From an uncultured archaeon (GTDB taxonomy: Archaea > Thermoproteota > Nitrososphaeria > Nitrososphaerales > Gagatemarchaeaceae), in assembly GCA_963799775.1 (NCBI GenBank), contig CAWCYD010000003.1, positions 1,952,001 through 2,016,000 on the forward strand: a stretch of 64,000 nucleotides of DNA. The letters are read 5' to 3'. The translations under genes and the position numbers were made by a program. The first letter of the stretch is position 1. Each line of letters opens with the position of its first letter. Under the pieces are notes generated by a model. That model saw nothing but the letters and a program-made list of their open reading frames with translations, had not been told where the DNA came from and made no database searches. Shown one piece after another: positions 18,903 to 28,056 of this stretch.

Positions 18903-20528
18903 CTACTTCGCGTATATCGCCGCGAAGTACTGGTAGTAGGGGTCCTGCGATGGGTTGACGGCCTGTGCGACGAAGCTGATCGTGAACGACGTCGAGCCGG
19001 TGGTCCACCTTTGGAAGGTATAGCCTGACAGGGGCCCGACCGTCACCGTGTAGCTCTGGCCGCTGATGAGCCAGAACGAGTACGGCTCGAGCGACTGCGC
19101 GATGGTGGTCCCGTTCAGGTTGGCAATCGTGATGAGAGAGCCGCAGGTGCAGTTTACGAAGATCGGCTGCCCGCTCGACGAGTCCGTCGCCTCGATGGTG
19201 ACATGGACCGCCTCGCTCGCGGGTATCACCTGGTAGAACGAGTTGACGACCATGTCGCTCTGGAGGTTGATGTACTGCCAGCGCGTGAATGTGGTCGGCG
19301 TCGTGTTGTTGTAGTATCTGTAGACGAAGAACTTGTTCTCGCATCCCGCCGTCTGGGCGCAGTGGTACATGACGAGCTCCTCGTTCCCGTTCGGGACCGA
19401 GACGGAGCCTGGGGTGTAGCCCGACGCGATGTTGTTCCAGACGCCGTTTATCCTGACTTGGAAGTAGGCGCCGACCACCAGCCCGCCGTCCATGGTGTGC
19501 GCGATGACCGTGATAGTGTGGTTGCCCGCCCCCGAGTGCGCGTAGGGGAACGCGAGCTGCTGGAAGTAGGCCGTCACAGTGGTGTTCCCGGTGAGCGTGA
19601 CTGTGAGGCTCGCGTTGGTCAGGCTGTGGTCGCCGTTCCAGTATTGGAATAGGACCGAGGCGGCCGAGTCTGCCGTCACCGTGTAGACGTCGCCGTACTT
19701 GGCGGTGAAGTTGGCGGGGATGACGTCGATGCTGTGGGCGCTCGCCTGCTGCAGCTGGTGGTCGATGATGTCGAGCTGGACGCCGACCAGGGACTTGCCG
19801 TTCAGCAGCTTCGCGGTGACTGCGAGCGTCTGTGCGCCGAGCGGCTTGTAGAAGGCGACGAGGCTGGTGTTCTGGTTAAGGAGCACTGTCACGCCAGCGG
19901 AGGTCACGCCCGAAGACCACTTGACGAAGGAGTAGCCCTTCAGAGTCGCTGCTGTTATCATGTAGACGACTCCGCCCGGGAGGTTGATAGAGGCGGGCAG
20001 GGGCTGGGGCGTGCCTGGCTGGTTCAGGCCTGTCACTAGAGCAGTGAGGCCTGCGAAGGTCGCGCCGTCAGGGAGCTCGCCTGCGATTGTGAGCGTGTAT
20101 GTCGCGGGAGGAGGAGGCGCCGTGGTGGTCGTCGTGGATGAGGTGGCTGTCTCTGTCTCCGTGGTGCTTGTCGTGCTGTTGGTCGTCGTCGTGCTGGTTG
20201 TCGTAGCGTTGCTCGTCGTCGTAGCGTTGTTCGTCGACGATGTCGAAGACGTCCCGGTCGTAGTTGCGCTGATGGTGATCGTCGGGCTGCTCGTAGTGGT
20301 TGTTGAGGGTGTCGTCTCGGTGCTGGTCGTCGAGGTGCTGCTCGCGGCCGGCGTTGTGGCAACCGCTACAGTAGTCGGCGAGAGGGATGTCGTCGAAGAC
20401 GTCGACGGCGTCAGCGTCGTCGAGACGGACGAGGTCTTTTGCTGGGGCCCCATCGCGACAAAGGATATAGTCGCGACTGCCAGAATTATCAAGATGACCG
20501 TGGCCGCACCTGCGGTAATGCCGTTCAT
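18903..20528 (-). CDS. Surface protein with Thr/Ser-rich stalk and repeated beta-sandwich domains
   Basis: Signal anchor, ~110-aa Thr/Ser tract, repeats ending GYxFxxW...AxY. Confidence 0.8.
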   Translation of the reverse strand: MNGITAGAATVILIILAVATISFVAMGPQQKTSSVSTTLTPSTSSTTSLSPTTVAVATTPAASSTSTTSTETTPSTTTTSSPTITISATTTGTSSTSSTNNATTTSNATTTSTTTTNSTTSTTETETATSSTTTTTAPPPPATYTLTIAGELPDGATFAGLTALVTGLNQPGTPQPLPASINLPGGVVYMITAATLKGYSFVKWSSGVTSAGVTVLLNQNTSLVAFYKPLGAQTLAVTAKLLNGKSLVGVQLDIIDHQLQQASAHSIDVIPANFTAKYGDVYTVTADSAASVLFQYWNGDHSLTNASLTVTLTGNTTVTAYFQQLAFPYAHSGAGNHTITVIAHTMDGGLVVGAYFQVRINGVWNNIASGYTPGSVSVPNGNEELVMYHCAQTAGCENKFFVYRYYNNTTPTTFTRWQYINLQSDMVVNSFYQVIPASEAVHVTIEATDSSSGQPIFVNCTCGSLITIANLNGTTIAQSLEPYSFWLISGQSYTVTVGPLSGYTFQRWTTGSTSFTISFVAQAVNPSQDPYYQYFAAIYAK

Positions 20529-20652
20529 GTACGAACCTATTCAGAGGACCAAGCCCCAATACCCTTACGCAAGCCTGCGCCAGAACTATGTTAGAGGCTG
20601 CTTCTCTGGCGCAGTCGCCTAAAATATCGCCCGTCTGCACCTTTCCCTCGCG

Positions 20653-21081
20653 ATGGCAGTGAGAGTGGTTCCCAAGAGCTTCGAGGTCGGAAGCGGCGGC
20701 GAGGAGGACATCGTGGACATCACAGGGAGAGTCCAAGGCGCTGTCCGTGAGTCGGGCCTAGGGGACGGCGTGGCTACCGTGTTCGTGACGGGGTCCACGG
20801 CCGCGATAACGACCATCGAGTTCGAGCCCGGGCTCGTCAAGGACTTTCCGGCGATGCTCGAAGGGGTGGCTCCAAAGCGTGGCGTCGACTACGAGCATCA
20901 GAAGAGGTGGCACGACGGAAACGGTCATTCGCACGTGAAAGCGTCACTCGTGGGGCCAAGTCTCTCAGTTCCGTTCCTGAAGGGTGACCTCGTGTTGGGC
21001 GAGTGGCAGCAAATCGTGCTCGTCGAGTTCGACACTAGACCACGCACGAGGAAGGTAGCGGTCCAGCTCGTCGGGCAATAG
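20653..21081 (+). CDS. yjbQ: YjbQ/UPF0047 family protein
   Basis: GSTAAITTIEFEPGL, DGNGHSHVKASLVGPS, LGEWQQIVLVEFD. Confidence 0.92.
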   Translation: MAVRVVPKSFEVGSGGEEDIVDITGRVQGAVRESGLGDGVATVFVTGSTAAITTIEFEPGLVKDFPAMLEGVAPKRGVDYEHQKRWHDGNGHSHVKASLVGPSLSVPFLKGDLVLGEWQQIVLVEFDTRPRTRKVAVQLVGQ

Positions 21082-21167
21082 CCCGTTCTTGGCGCACGGA
21101 AAGGCACGAAATCTTGTCAGTTTTACACAAGTAATGCTATATTCATTTCAAGACAACCGGAGAGGAG

Positions 21168-22316
21168 TTGAGCCTGCCCCAGGCCTCCGCCCTCGACGAA
21201 TCGCCTCGAAGGAAGCTCAATCGCGAGCTGGTGCAGATGGCCAGGTCCATCGCCGAGGTGGGCCCCAACGTGAACCAAATCGCTCTGACCCAGAAAATCT
21301 TCAAGGAGACCGTGAGATACAGGTACCACCGCTTCTTTCTGAACAAGGGAATAAAGATTCAGGCGATGCCCAGTTACTCGAGGCTCGGGTTCAAGAGGCT
21401 CATTCTGATTGTGAAGCTGGCCTCCAGTTGCGAGAAGAACGCGAAATCCATCTTCAGCGCCCTGAGCGACCTCTGCTATCTCCACAGCTTCACGCGCGTT
21501 CTTCTCAGGGGAGAGTATCTCGTGCACGTAGCCGTCCCCCACGGCCTGGCAGAGCGTTGTGCTGGGGTGTACATGGGCCTGCAGAGGGCAGGGTTGTTCA
21601 CAGAACTGGAGATCCTCTCCTTCGACGAGATGAGGAACCCGCCCATGAAGCCGGCGTTCTACGACTTTGTACGCGGGACCTGGGCGTTCGACTGGACCGC
21701 CATAGACAAGGACGGAACGAAGCTCGCGCTAGGAGCGGCCCCGAAGGCCGAGAAGTACGACAGGACTGACCTCCTGATCCTGAAAGAGCTGGACAAGGAC
21801 GCGGGCAAGACGCTCGTCAGGATGGCCGACGACCTAGGAGTTAGCGTCAACGCCCTGGAGTTCCACTACCGCGACCACGTGAAGGCGCGCGGCCTGATCA
21901 AGGGCTACCGCCTTGTCTGGCAGGGCACGCGGGCCGACCTGGAGCACGAGAGGGCCGTCTCAAGGAAGGATTTCTACATCGAACTCACCATCCTACTCGA
22001 GGACGGGACGCGGGAAGAGCTCGCCGAGCTGATGCTGCTCCTCAACAGGACGCCCTTCCTCTGGAGCGAGGCCTACGGCTCCTCTTACTGCGCGGAGCTA
22101 TTCTTGCCCCACTACGCCTACATCGGTTTCATGGAGTACATCGACGCCTTCGCCAACAAGGTCGGGGAGAAGCTGAGGATCTTCGTCATGGACCAGAGCC
22201 GCGCGACGAGGTTCGTGATATCCTACTTCCTCTTCGACGGCGACTCGAAGACGTGGCGGCTCGACGAGAGGTCCGTCATGAGGGCGCTCGGGATGCTCGC
22301 GCCCCCCAATTCTTAA
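21168..22316 (+). CDS. Archaeal tandem Lrp/AsnC-like wHTH transcriptional regulator
   Basis: Two HTH-like segments (KETVRYRY; DRTDLLILKELDKDA..LVRMADDLGVS..ALEFHY..HV), each followed by a ferredoxin-like region. Confidence 0.7.
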   Translation: MSLPQASALDESPRRKLNRELVQMARSIAEVGPNVNQIALTQKIFKETVRYRYHRFFLNKGIKIQAMPSYSRLGFKRLILIVKLASSCEKNAKSIFSALSDLCYLHSFTRVLLRGEYLVHVAVPHGLAERCAGVYMGLQRAGLFTELEILSFDEMRNPPMKPAFYDFVRGTWAFDWTAIDKDGTKLALGAAPKAEKYDRTDLLILKELDKDAGKTLVRMADDLGVSVNALEFHYRDHVKARGLIKGYRLVWQGTRADLEHERAVSRKDFYIELTILLEDGTREELAELMLLLNRTPFLWSEAYGSSYCAELFLPHYAYIGFMEYIDAFANKVGEKLRIFVMDQSRATRFVISYFLFDGDSKTWRLDERSVMRALGMLAPPNS

Positions 22317-22346
22317 ATCACTAGGAAGGAGCCGAGGAGTAGAGAC

Positions 22347-22907
22347 ATGGACCAACCCCTCGCCGGGAAGAGAGTAGCGGTGCTCGCGGAGAACATGTAC
22401 GAGGACTTGGAGCTGTGGTACCCACTCATCAGGTTGAGGGAGGCTGGAGCGGATGTCACAGTCGTGGCGCCCAACGCGGGTGCGACCTACAAGAGCAAGC
22501 ACGGGTTGGAGGTCAAGGCAGACGTCTCCGCGGAGGACGCGAAGGCGAAGCAGTTCGACGCGGTTGTTATCCCGGGCGGGTTCGCTCCCGACTACATGAG
22601 GAGGTCGGAAGCTATGGTCAAGTTCGTGAGAGACGCGTACAACGAAGGGAAGGTGGTCGCAGCGATATGCCACGCAGGCTCGATGCTCGTCTCAGCGGGC
22701 GTGCTCAAAGGGAAGACGGTGACCTGCTACAAATCGATAAAGGACGACGTCGTGAACGCGGGCGGCAAGTACGTGGACAAGGCGGTGGTGAGAGACGGCG
22801 ACCTCATCACTTCGCGGGTGCCTGACGACCTCCCAGCCTTCTGCAGCGAGATAATATCGGCCCTCTCAAAGTCGCCCCGCGTCGCAGCCCAATCGCGGTC
22901 CCACTAG
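22347..22907 (+). CDS. pfpI: PfpI/DJ-1 family protease/deglycase
   Basis: YEDLELWYP, IPGGFAPDYMR, AAICHAG, LITSRVPDDLPAF. Confidence 0.92.
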   Translation: MDQPLAGKRVAVLAENMYEDLELWYPLIRLREAGADVTVVAPNAGATYKSKHGLEVKADVSAEDAKAKQFDAVVIPGGFAPDYMRRSEAMVKFVRDAYNEGKVVAAICHAGSMLVSAGVLKGKTVTCYKSIKDDVVNAGGKYVDKAVVRDGDLITSRVPDDLPAFCSEIISALSKSPRVAAQSRSH

Positions 22908-22984
22908 CCACCCGAAACCTGCAAGAATTCACCTCTGCCCGATTCCAGAAAGCCCCCTCGCGGAACCTGCCCGAACGTCCCAAT

Positions 22985-23000
22985 CGGTGAATTATCACCG
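22985..23000. promoter_or_regulatory. Inverted repeat, possible operator
   Basis: CGGTGA-ATTA-TCACCG upstream of ORF 23027. Confidence 0.3.
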
Positions 23001-23026
23001 CGGAGGCCTCGTTCCAGGCGAAATCG

Positions 23027-23467
23027 TTGGGAATCAAGATAATGATGCCTCCGGACGCGGTCGACAGCGCAGCGGGGGCGTTGATCGCCAAGCAGGTGCT
23101 CCGCGAGATAGCCCGAAGCCGCGTGAAGACCGCTCTCGACGAGCATTACTTCGCCGTGATGCTGCACAAGGGCGTCTCGCGCAATCTGAAACACCTTACT
23201 TTCGTGGATATCTCCAAGCTCCTGGGTCGCCCCACCGCCAGCGTCCACCGCATGATCGCGGATCACATGGTCAACGGAAGCGCGAGGGGCGGATGCAAGC
23301 TCTGCAACGGCGCCTCCAAGGAGCTGAGGGCCCTTGTCGTAGACGACGAAATCAGGATGAGGAACGACGACCCGTTCTCCCTTTTCATAATGCTCTCCTC
23401 GTTCGAGTCGACGAAGCGCCGCAGAGCCAGAGGGCCGACGCGGCTCGTCGATATCCTCCGGACGTAA
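23027..23467 (+). CDS. Hypothetical protein with HTH-like segment and CxxC
   Basis: FVDISKLLGRPTASVHRMI; CKLC. Confidence 0.5.
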   Translation: MGIKIMMPPDAVDSAAGALIAKQVLREIARSRVKTALDEHYFAVMLHKGVSRNLKHLTFVDISKLLGRPTASVHRMIADHMVNGSARGGCKLCNGASKELRALVVDDEIRMRNDDPFSLFIMLSSFESTKRRRARGPTRLVDILRT

Positions 23468-23509
23468 GAGCCTACTCGCGCCGGGCTAGTTCGAGAACGG
23501 GAGCGAGGG

Positions 23510-23959
23510 CTAGCTCGCCTGCAGCGCCGCTAGGGGCTGGTCGGCGTCCTTCCCCATCGACTCCAGGATCTCGTCCTTCACGCTCTTCTTGCTCATGTGC
23601 TTCGCAAAGTCCGCCAACGTGATTATCCCCAGAAGGCGGTTCTCCTTCACCACCGGGAGGTGCCTGATCTTTTTCTCAAGCATCAGGGCCGCGGCCTCTC
23701 TTGCGGGCCTGTCAGGATGGATCGTGATGAGCGGCGAGGAGACGATGTCCCCGACGTGGACGTGGAGCGGATCCTTCCCTTCAGCCGTCACCTTCCGGAT
23801 GATGTCCCTCTCGGTCACTATCCCAGTCGCCCTTCCCAAATCGAAGACTATGAGGCTGTCCCTGTCAGCGCCCCTCATCAACCGTGCCGCGTCGCTCACG
23901 GGGGTGTTGAGCGTGGTCAATGGCACGTCTAAAGTCATCAAATCTCTTACCCGTGGCAT
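23510..23959 (-). CDS. CBS domain pair protein
   Basis: GIVTERDIIRKV, IRHLPVV..LLGIITLAD. Confidence 0.9.
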   Translation of the reverse strand: MPRVRDLMTLDVPLTTLNTPVSDAARLMRGADRDSLIVFDLGRATGIVTERDIIRKVTAEGKDPLHVHVGDIVSSPLITIHPDRPAREAAALMLEKKIRHLPVVKENRLLGIITLADFAKHMSKKSVKDEILESMGKDADQPLAALQAS

Positions 23960-24102
23960 GGATTCTGGAGTGTCTCCGAGGCTAATGAACCGCTTCGAAG
24001 AGGGCTCTATACTTGAATGTGGAATATAGAATCTCAATAGGGATTCTGGCTAAATGGCCCTATGACAAGGGTTAAGTTCGCGCCCTGGCGTGAACGCAAT
24101 CC

Positions 24103-24636
24103 TTGCTCGGACTGGGAGCTGCAGCCCCGGATTTCCACGACCTGCAGGCGGCAGACGGCAAGCGTTACTCTCTGCACTCCTTCGACGCCAAGCCGATCCT
24201 GGTGGTCATCTTCACTTGCAATCACTGTCCATATTCCCAGGCGTACGAAGACCGTATGGTCGCCATCCAGAAGGACTACGCGCAGAAAGGGGTCCAGCTC
24301 GTCGCGATAAACTCCAACGACGACAAGACCTACCCCGAGGACGGCTATCCGGAGATGGTGAAGAGGGCGAAGGAGAAAAGCTTCAACTTCCCCTACCTCC
24401 GCGACCCCGACCAGAAGGTGGCCACCGCGTACGGGGCCGTGTGCACCCCGCACGTCTTCGCGTTCGACAAGGAGAGGAAGCTGCGCTACCGGGGAAGGAT
24501 CGACGACTCCAGGGCACCCTCTGCGGTCAAGAGCCCGGACCTCAGGAACGCCCTGGACGACCTCGCCGCGGGCAAGACCCCGAGGGTCGCCGACACGCGG
24601 CCGTTCGGCTGCTCCATCAAGTGGATGGAGCTCTAG
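24103..24636 (+). CDS. Thioredoxin/peroxiredoxin-like redoxin
   Basis: FTCNHCPY, AINSND, YGAVCTPHVF, YRGRIDD, GCSIKW. Confidence 0.92.
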   Translation: MLGLGAAAPDFHDLQAADGKRYSLHSFDAKPILVVIFTCNHCPYSQAYEDRMVAIQKDYAQKGVQLVAINSNDDKTYPEDGYPEMVKRAKEKSFNFPYLRDPDQKVATAYGAVCTPHVFAFDKERKLRYRGRIDDSRAPSAVKSPDLRNALDDLAAGKTPRVADTRPFGCSIKWMEL

Positions 24637-24747
24637 CGAATGATTCTCTATAGTGCGCCCTCTCGCCAATAGCTCAACGTCACGTCTCTATCATCACCGT
24701 TGCGACGTCGATTAGGCGTAAATGCAAAATCTGCCCGATACCTGACA

Positions 24748-25089
24748 ATGCACTATCTAGTCACCGGCGAAATGATCGAAGAGGCGCTCGCGGGCAAGAC
24801 CCGAGAGGAGTCTGCAATGTATGTCCAGCACGTGGTCAAGCCCAGCCTCGAGGCGCTCGAGAAGCTCGTCGAGGAGGACAAGGTCGTCGGCGGGATGGTC
24901 GCAGGTGCGAGGGATTGTGCTTTCATAATCGACGCCGAGTCCAACTCGGAGGTCGGCAAACTTCTAGGGAACCTTCCGTTCTGGGCGGACAATAGGTGGT
25001 CGGTCACACCGCTGCAGTCATTCCAGTCCAAGCTCGACCAGGTCAGCGAGTCAGCCCAGACCATGCGGACCGTAGTCGTAGAAAACTAA
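24748..25089 (+). CDS. Dimeric alpha-beta barrel protein (muconolactone isomerase/DUF3303-like)
   Basis: FIIDAESNSEV..LL..LPFW....WSVTPL. Confidence 0.6.
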   Translation: MHYLVTGEMIEEALAGKTREESAMYVQHVVKPSLEALEKLVEEDKVVGGMVAGARDCAFIIDAESNSEVGKLLGNLPFWADNRWSVTPLQSFQSKLDQVSESAQTMRTVVVEN

Positions 25090-25215
25090 CGCTCGGGAGA
25101 ACTCACCCATCTCCCGGGGCGGAGCGCAACATTCGCCCCGGGTCTTGCTTCAACCCCCGGAGAAGGCCCAACACCTAAAGAGGCAACAGGGACGAGCCGA
25201 ATCCGGGCCGCCGAA

Positions 25216-26394
25216 TTGGTCGAAGACAGACAGAATCGCGTCGTCGTGACGGTGCTCGCGAACAGGCTCTTCTACTCGATCAACTGGTTCTCCATCCCGC
25301 CAATCTTCTACCTCATCGCGCTGGACCTCCACTCTCAAGTTTCGGGCCTGGGGCTCATCTCGTCGGCCTTCCTCGTCGGGATAGGCCTCTTCCAGGTCCC
25401 AGGAGCGCTGCTCTCGGCGAAGTACGGCCCTAGGAGGATCTGCATCACTGGGATGCTCATCCTCTCCCTCTCAGCGGTCATTTGCGGGGCGGTCTCGAGC
25501 ATCGGCCTCATCGCCGTCCTGAGGTTCTTCAGCGGGATGGGGATGGCTCTCTTCTTCGCGCCAAGCATCGCCCTGATGACGAGCCACTCCCGGCCCGGAA
25601 GGGCCGGCTTCGTCCTCGGTCTCAACAACGCGACTGCCTCGCTCGGCGGCGGCATCGGGCTGGGCGTCTGGGCCCTCGTCGGAGTCGCCATGGGATGGAG
25701 GCTCAGCCTCGTGCTCATAGGAGGGCTCGGCCTTGTCTCGACCGTCTTCCTCTACCTCTTCGTCCCCCGCGCCGAGCCCGCGCGGGACTTTGCGATGAGG
25801 CTCCCCGACCTCAGGAGGATCTTCCTCGACAGGTGGCTGCTCTTGGTCGGGGCCGTCCTTCTCGCCTACAACATAGGCAACACGCTCGATGCCACCTTCG
25901 TCGAGGTCTACCTCCACGACAGCCTGGGCCTCTCCGCCGGTCTCTCAGGCGCGGTGGGCAGCCTCGTGGTCCTCTGTGGCCTCTTCACCGCCCCGCTCGC
26001 AGGCCACTTCCACAACAGGGTCAAGCGAGTCAAGCCCGTCCTGGCGCTCTCGGGCGCTGCCATCGCCGTCGGCGTCGCGCTCGCCTACCTTGCGACCCCC
26101 CTCTCCGTGGCAGCTTCCGCCATCATCGTGGGCCTCGCGAGCGGCGTGGGGTACACGTTCGCCTTCGGGACTGCGTGGAACTCGTATCCGCAGAGGACTC
26201 AGAGGGCGGTCGGCCTGAGCTGGGTCAACTCCATCCAGCTCCTCTTCAGCTTCTGGGCGCCCTACGTCTTCTCCTTCGTGGTGGTGGGATACGGCTACCC
26301 GCTGGCTTGGCTGACAGGCGGGCTGTACACGGCGGTCTTCATCATCCCGCTCTTGGTCTGGCGCGTGCAGCCCGTGGTGCATGCAGAGGCCTAG
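25216..26394 (+). CDS. MFS transporter
   Basis: ~12 TM helices; GALLSAKYGPRR motif A. Confidence 0.9.
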   Translation: MVEDRQNRVVVTVLANRLFYSINWFSIPPIFYLIALDLHSQVSGLGLISSAFLVGIGLFQVPGALLSAKYGPRRICITGMLILSLSAVICGAVSSIGLIAVLRFFSGMGMALFFAPSIALMTSHSRPGRAGFVLGLNNATASLGGGIGLGVWALVGVAMGWRLSLVLIGGLGLVSTVFLYLFVPRAEPARDFAMRLPDLRRIFLDRWLLLVGAVLLAYNIGNTLDATFVEVYLHDSLGLSAGLSGAVGSLVVLCGLFTAPLAGHFHNRVKRVKPVLALSGAAIAVGVALAYLATPLSVAASAIIVGLASGVGYTFAFGTAWNSYPQRTQRAVGLSWVNSIQLLFSFWAPYVFSFVVVGYGYPLAWLTGGLYTAVFIIPLLVWRVQPVVHAEA

Positions 26395-26963
26395 CCGCGG
26401 GCTTCTTCGCCTCCACCATATACCACACTCCGAAATCGCGGGACCTGCCCGCGAGGCCGAACTTCCTTATCCCTCCTGTGACGAGCGCCGGCTTGAAGAA
26501 GTCCCCCTCATCGTTCCGCGTCTGGAACTCGAGCTCGTGCGAGGCCTTCGGCGCGTAGTCGACTATGAGGAGGGCCCCTCCAGGCTTCAAGACCCGCGTC
26601 ATCTCTTTGAGGGCAGGCTGAAGCTTCTCGATGTGGTGGAGCACCATGACCGAGACCACGATGTCGAAGAACCCGGACTCGAATCCCAGGCTCCTCGGCG
26701 CTGGCCTCGGCGAACTTGACGAGGCGCGCGAGTTCCTTGTCCAGGTTCTTCTTCACCCCGCCCAGGACGTCCTTGGAGGGGTCGACGGTCCAGATCTCGC
26801 TCCCCTTGGCTAGCCGGCGCGCGAGGAACTCCACGTTCAACCCGAACCCCGTCCCGATGTCGAGGACCGTCAGCTCCTTGTTGGCAGGGACGCGCTTCTC
26901 GAGCTCCTTCCTGATTTCGGCCCCATACCCATGGAGATCCGTGTTTGGGGATGTCGATTCCAT
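26342..26963 (-). CDS. Class I SAM-dependent methyltransferase (frameshift ~26690)
   Basis: VLDIGTGFG; VMVLHHIE..ALKEMTRVLKPGG; 3' end uncertain. Confidence 0.82.
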
Positions 26964-27038
26964 CTTCCCGCCCTTGTAAAACAAGGTTCCCTCAGAGAAG
27001 GACGGGCCGACTAGAAACCTTTTCTTTGCTTGGGGAGT

Positions 27039-27215
27039 TCAGCCTGCTTCGGAGAAGACCTTCAGATACGGAGCAAGCGTCAGTTGCTCCTCGTTCGTCC
27101 ACTGGTGCCCGCAAGGGCAGGAGTGCTTCTCGCCGTGGATGTCGTCGCTCTCATTGACGCAGTGGTGGACGTGCCACAACTGGCCGACGAGCGCCTTGCC
27201 GCAGGGCTGAGACAA
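27039..27215 (-). CDS. Unannotated 58-aa Cys/His-rich microprotein
   Basis: Manual translation (TTG) MSQPCGKALVGQLWHVHHCVNESDDIHGEKHSCPCGHQWTNEEQLTLAPYLKVFSEAG; TTATTA box ~25 nt upstream. Confidence 0.5.
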   Translation of the reverse strand: MSQPCGKALVGQLWHVHHCVNESDDIHGEKHSCPCGHQWTNEEQLTLAPYLKVFSEAG

Positions 27216-27381
27216 ACGCCTATTTCTCGCTCTCGAGGTAATAAGCGGTTGTGCACCCCGAATATCGACCCGAAATCCATGAGGAGAAGGAGCGCAACGA
27301 CAGGGCCGTCCAAGTTATTGACACTTTGAGAAACCGATTTTCACTCCGCCGATAATGTGCGGATGCGGGCTCCTGGACACC

Positions 27382-28021
27382 ATGCAATCGAGCGAAGCTG
27401 TCGGGTTCCTGGGCAAACCAGTGGATGGACCTCTACGGGAGGCAGATGGGTGTGGTGGCGGGTTTCACGTTGAAGATAAACGGCGACGTCGAGTCCGTCG
27501 GGCTCGACCAGGGGAGCGGCTCGCTGACCGAGGTGAAGGGGAGCAGGCTGCTCTGCCACGAGCAGACCCTGATCGTCGTCCCGATGTGGAAGGCCGAGGT
27601 CACGCGCGTCACCGGAGAGTCGGAGGTCTTGCGCAAGAGGGTCTCGGCCCTCCTGGAGCTCGAGAGAGACTCGAAGGAGAAGGGGACGGCAACGGCCGAG
27701 CTCGAGCAGATGCGCAGCCAGTACGAGGCGAGGGCAGCCAAACTGGAAGAGTCCAGCCTGAAATCGCTAGAGGAGATGAGGTCGAGGGTCAAGGAGATCG
27801 AGGAGCAGGACCAGACCATCTCCAAGTTCCTGCTCAACGTCAGCGTCCAGTTCAGGTCAGGCGAGATAAGCGACTCCTCTTTCGCGGTCATCAACGACCG
27901 CTTCTCCGCAATGAGGAGCCGCAACACCAAGGAGAGGGAGGAGCTGCAGACGGCCCTCGCGATGCTCTCCAAGAAAGAGAGCGCCCAAGTCGTGGAGATG
28001 CCGGTCCCGACCTCGAGCTGA
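27382..28021 (+). CDS. cdvA: CdvA-like protein (PRC barrel + coiled coil; frameshift ~27420)
   Basis: FLGKPV-DLYGRQMGVVAG PRC-barrel start, VPMWKAE, long coiled coil, VQFRSGEISD. Confidence 0.75.
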
Positions 28022-28056
28022 CGCGTCCTTCCGAGGCGTAACGAGGCCTATTCCGC

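Noticed and set aside
20090-20430. GTC/GTG-rich low-complexity tract as a DNA repeat element
   Set aside because: It is the antisense of a Thr/Ser-rich protein linker.
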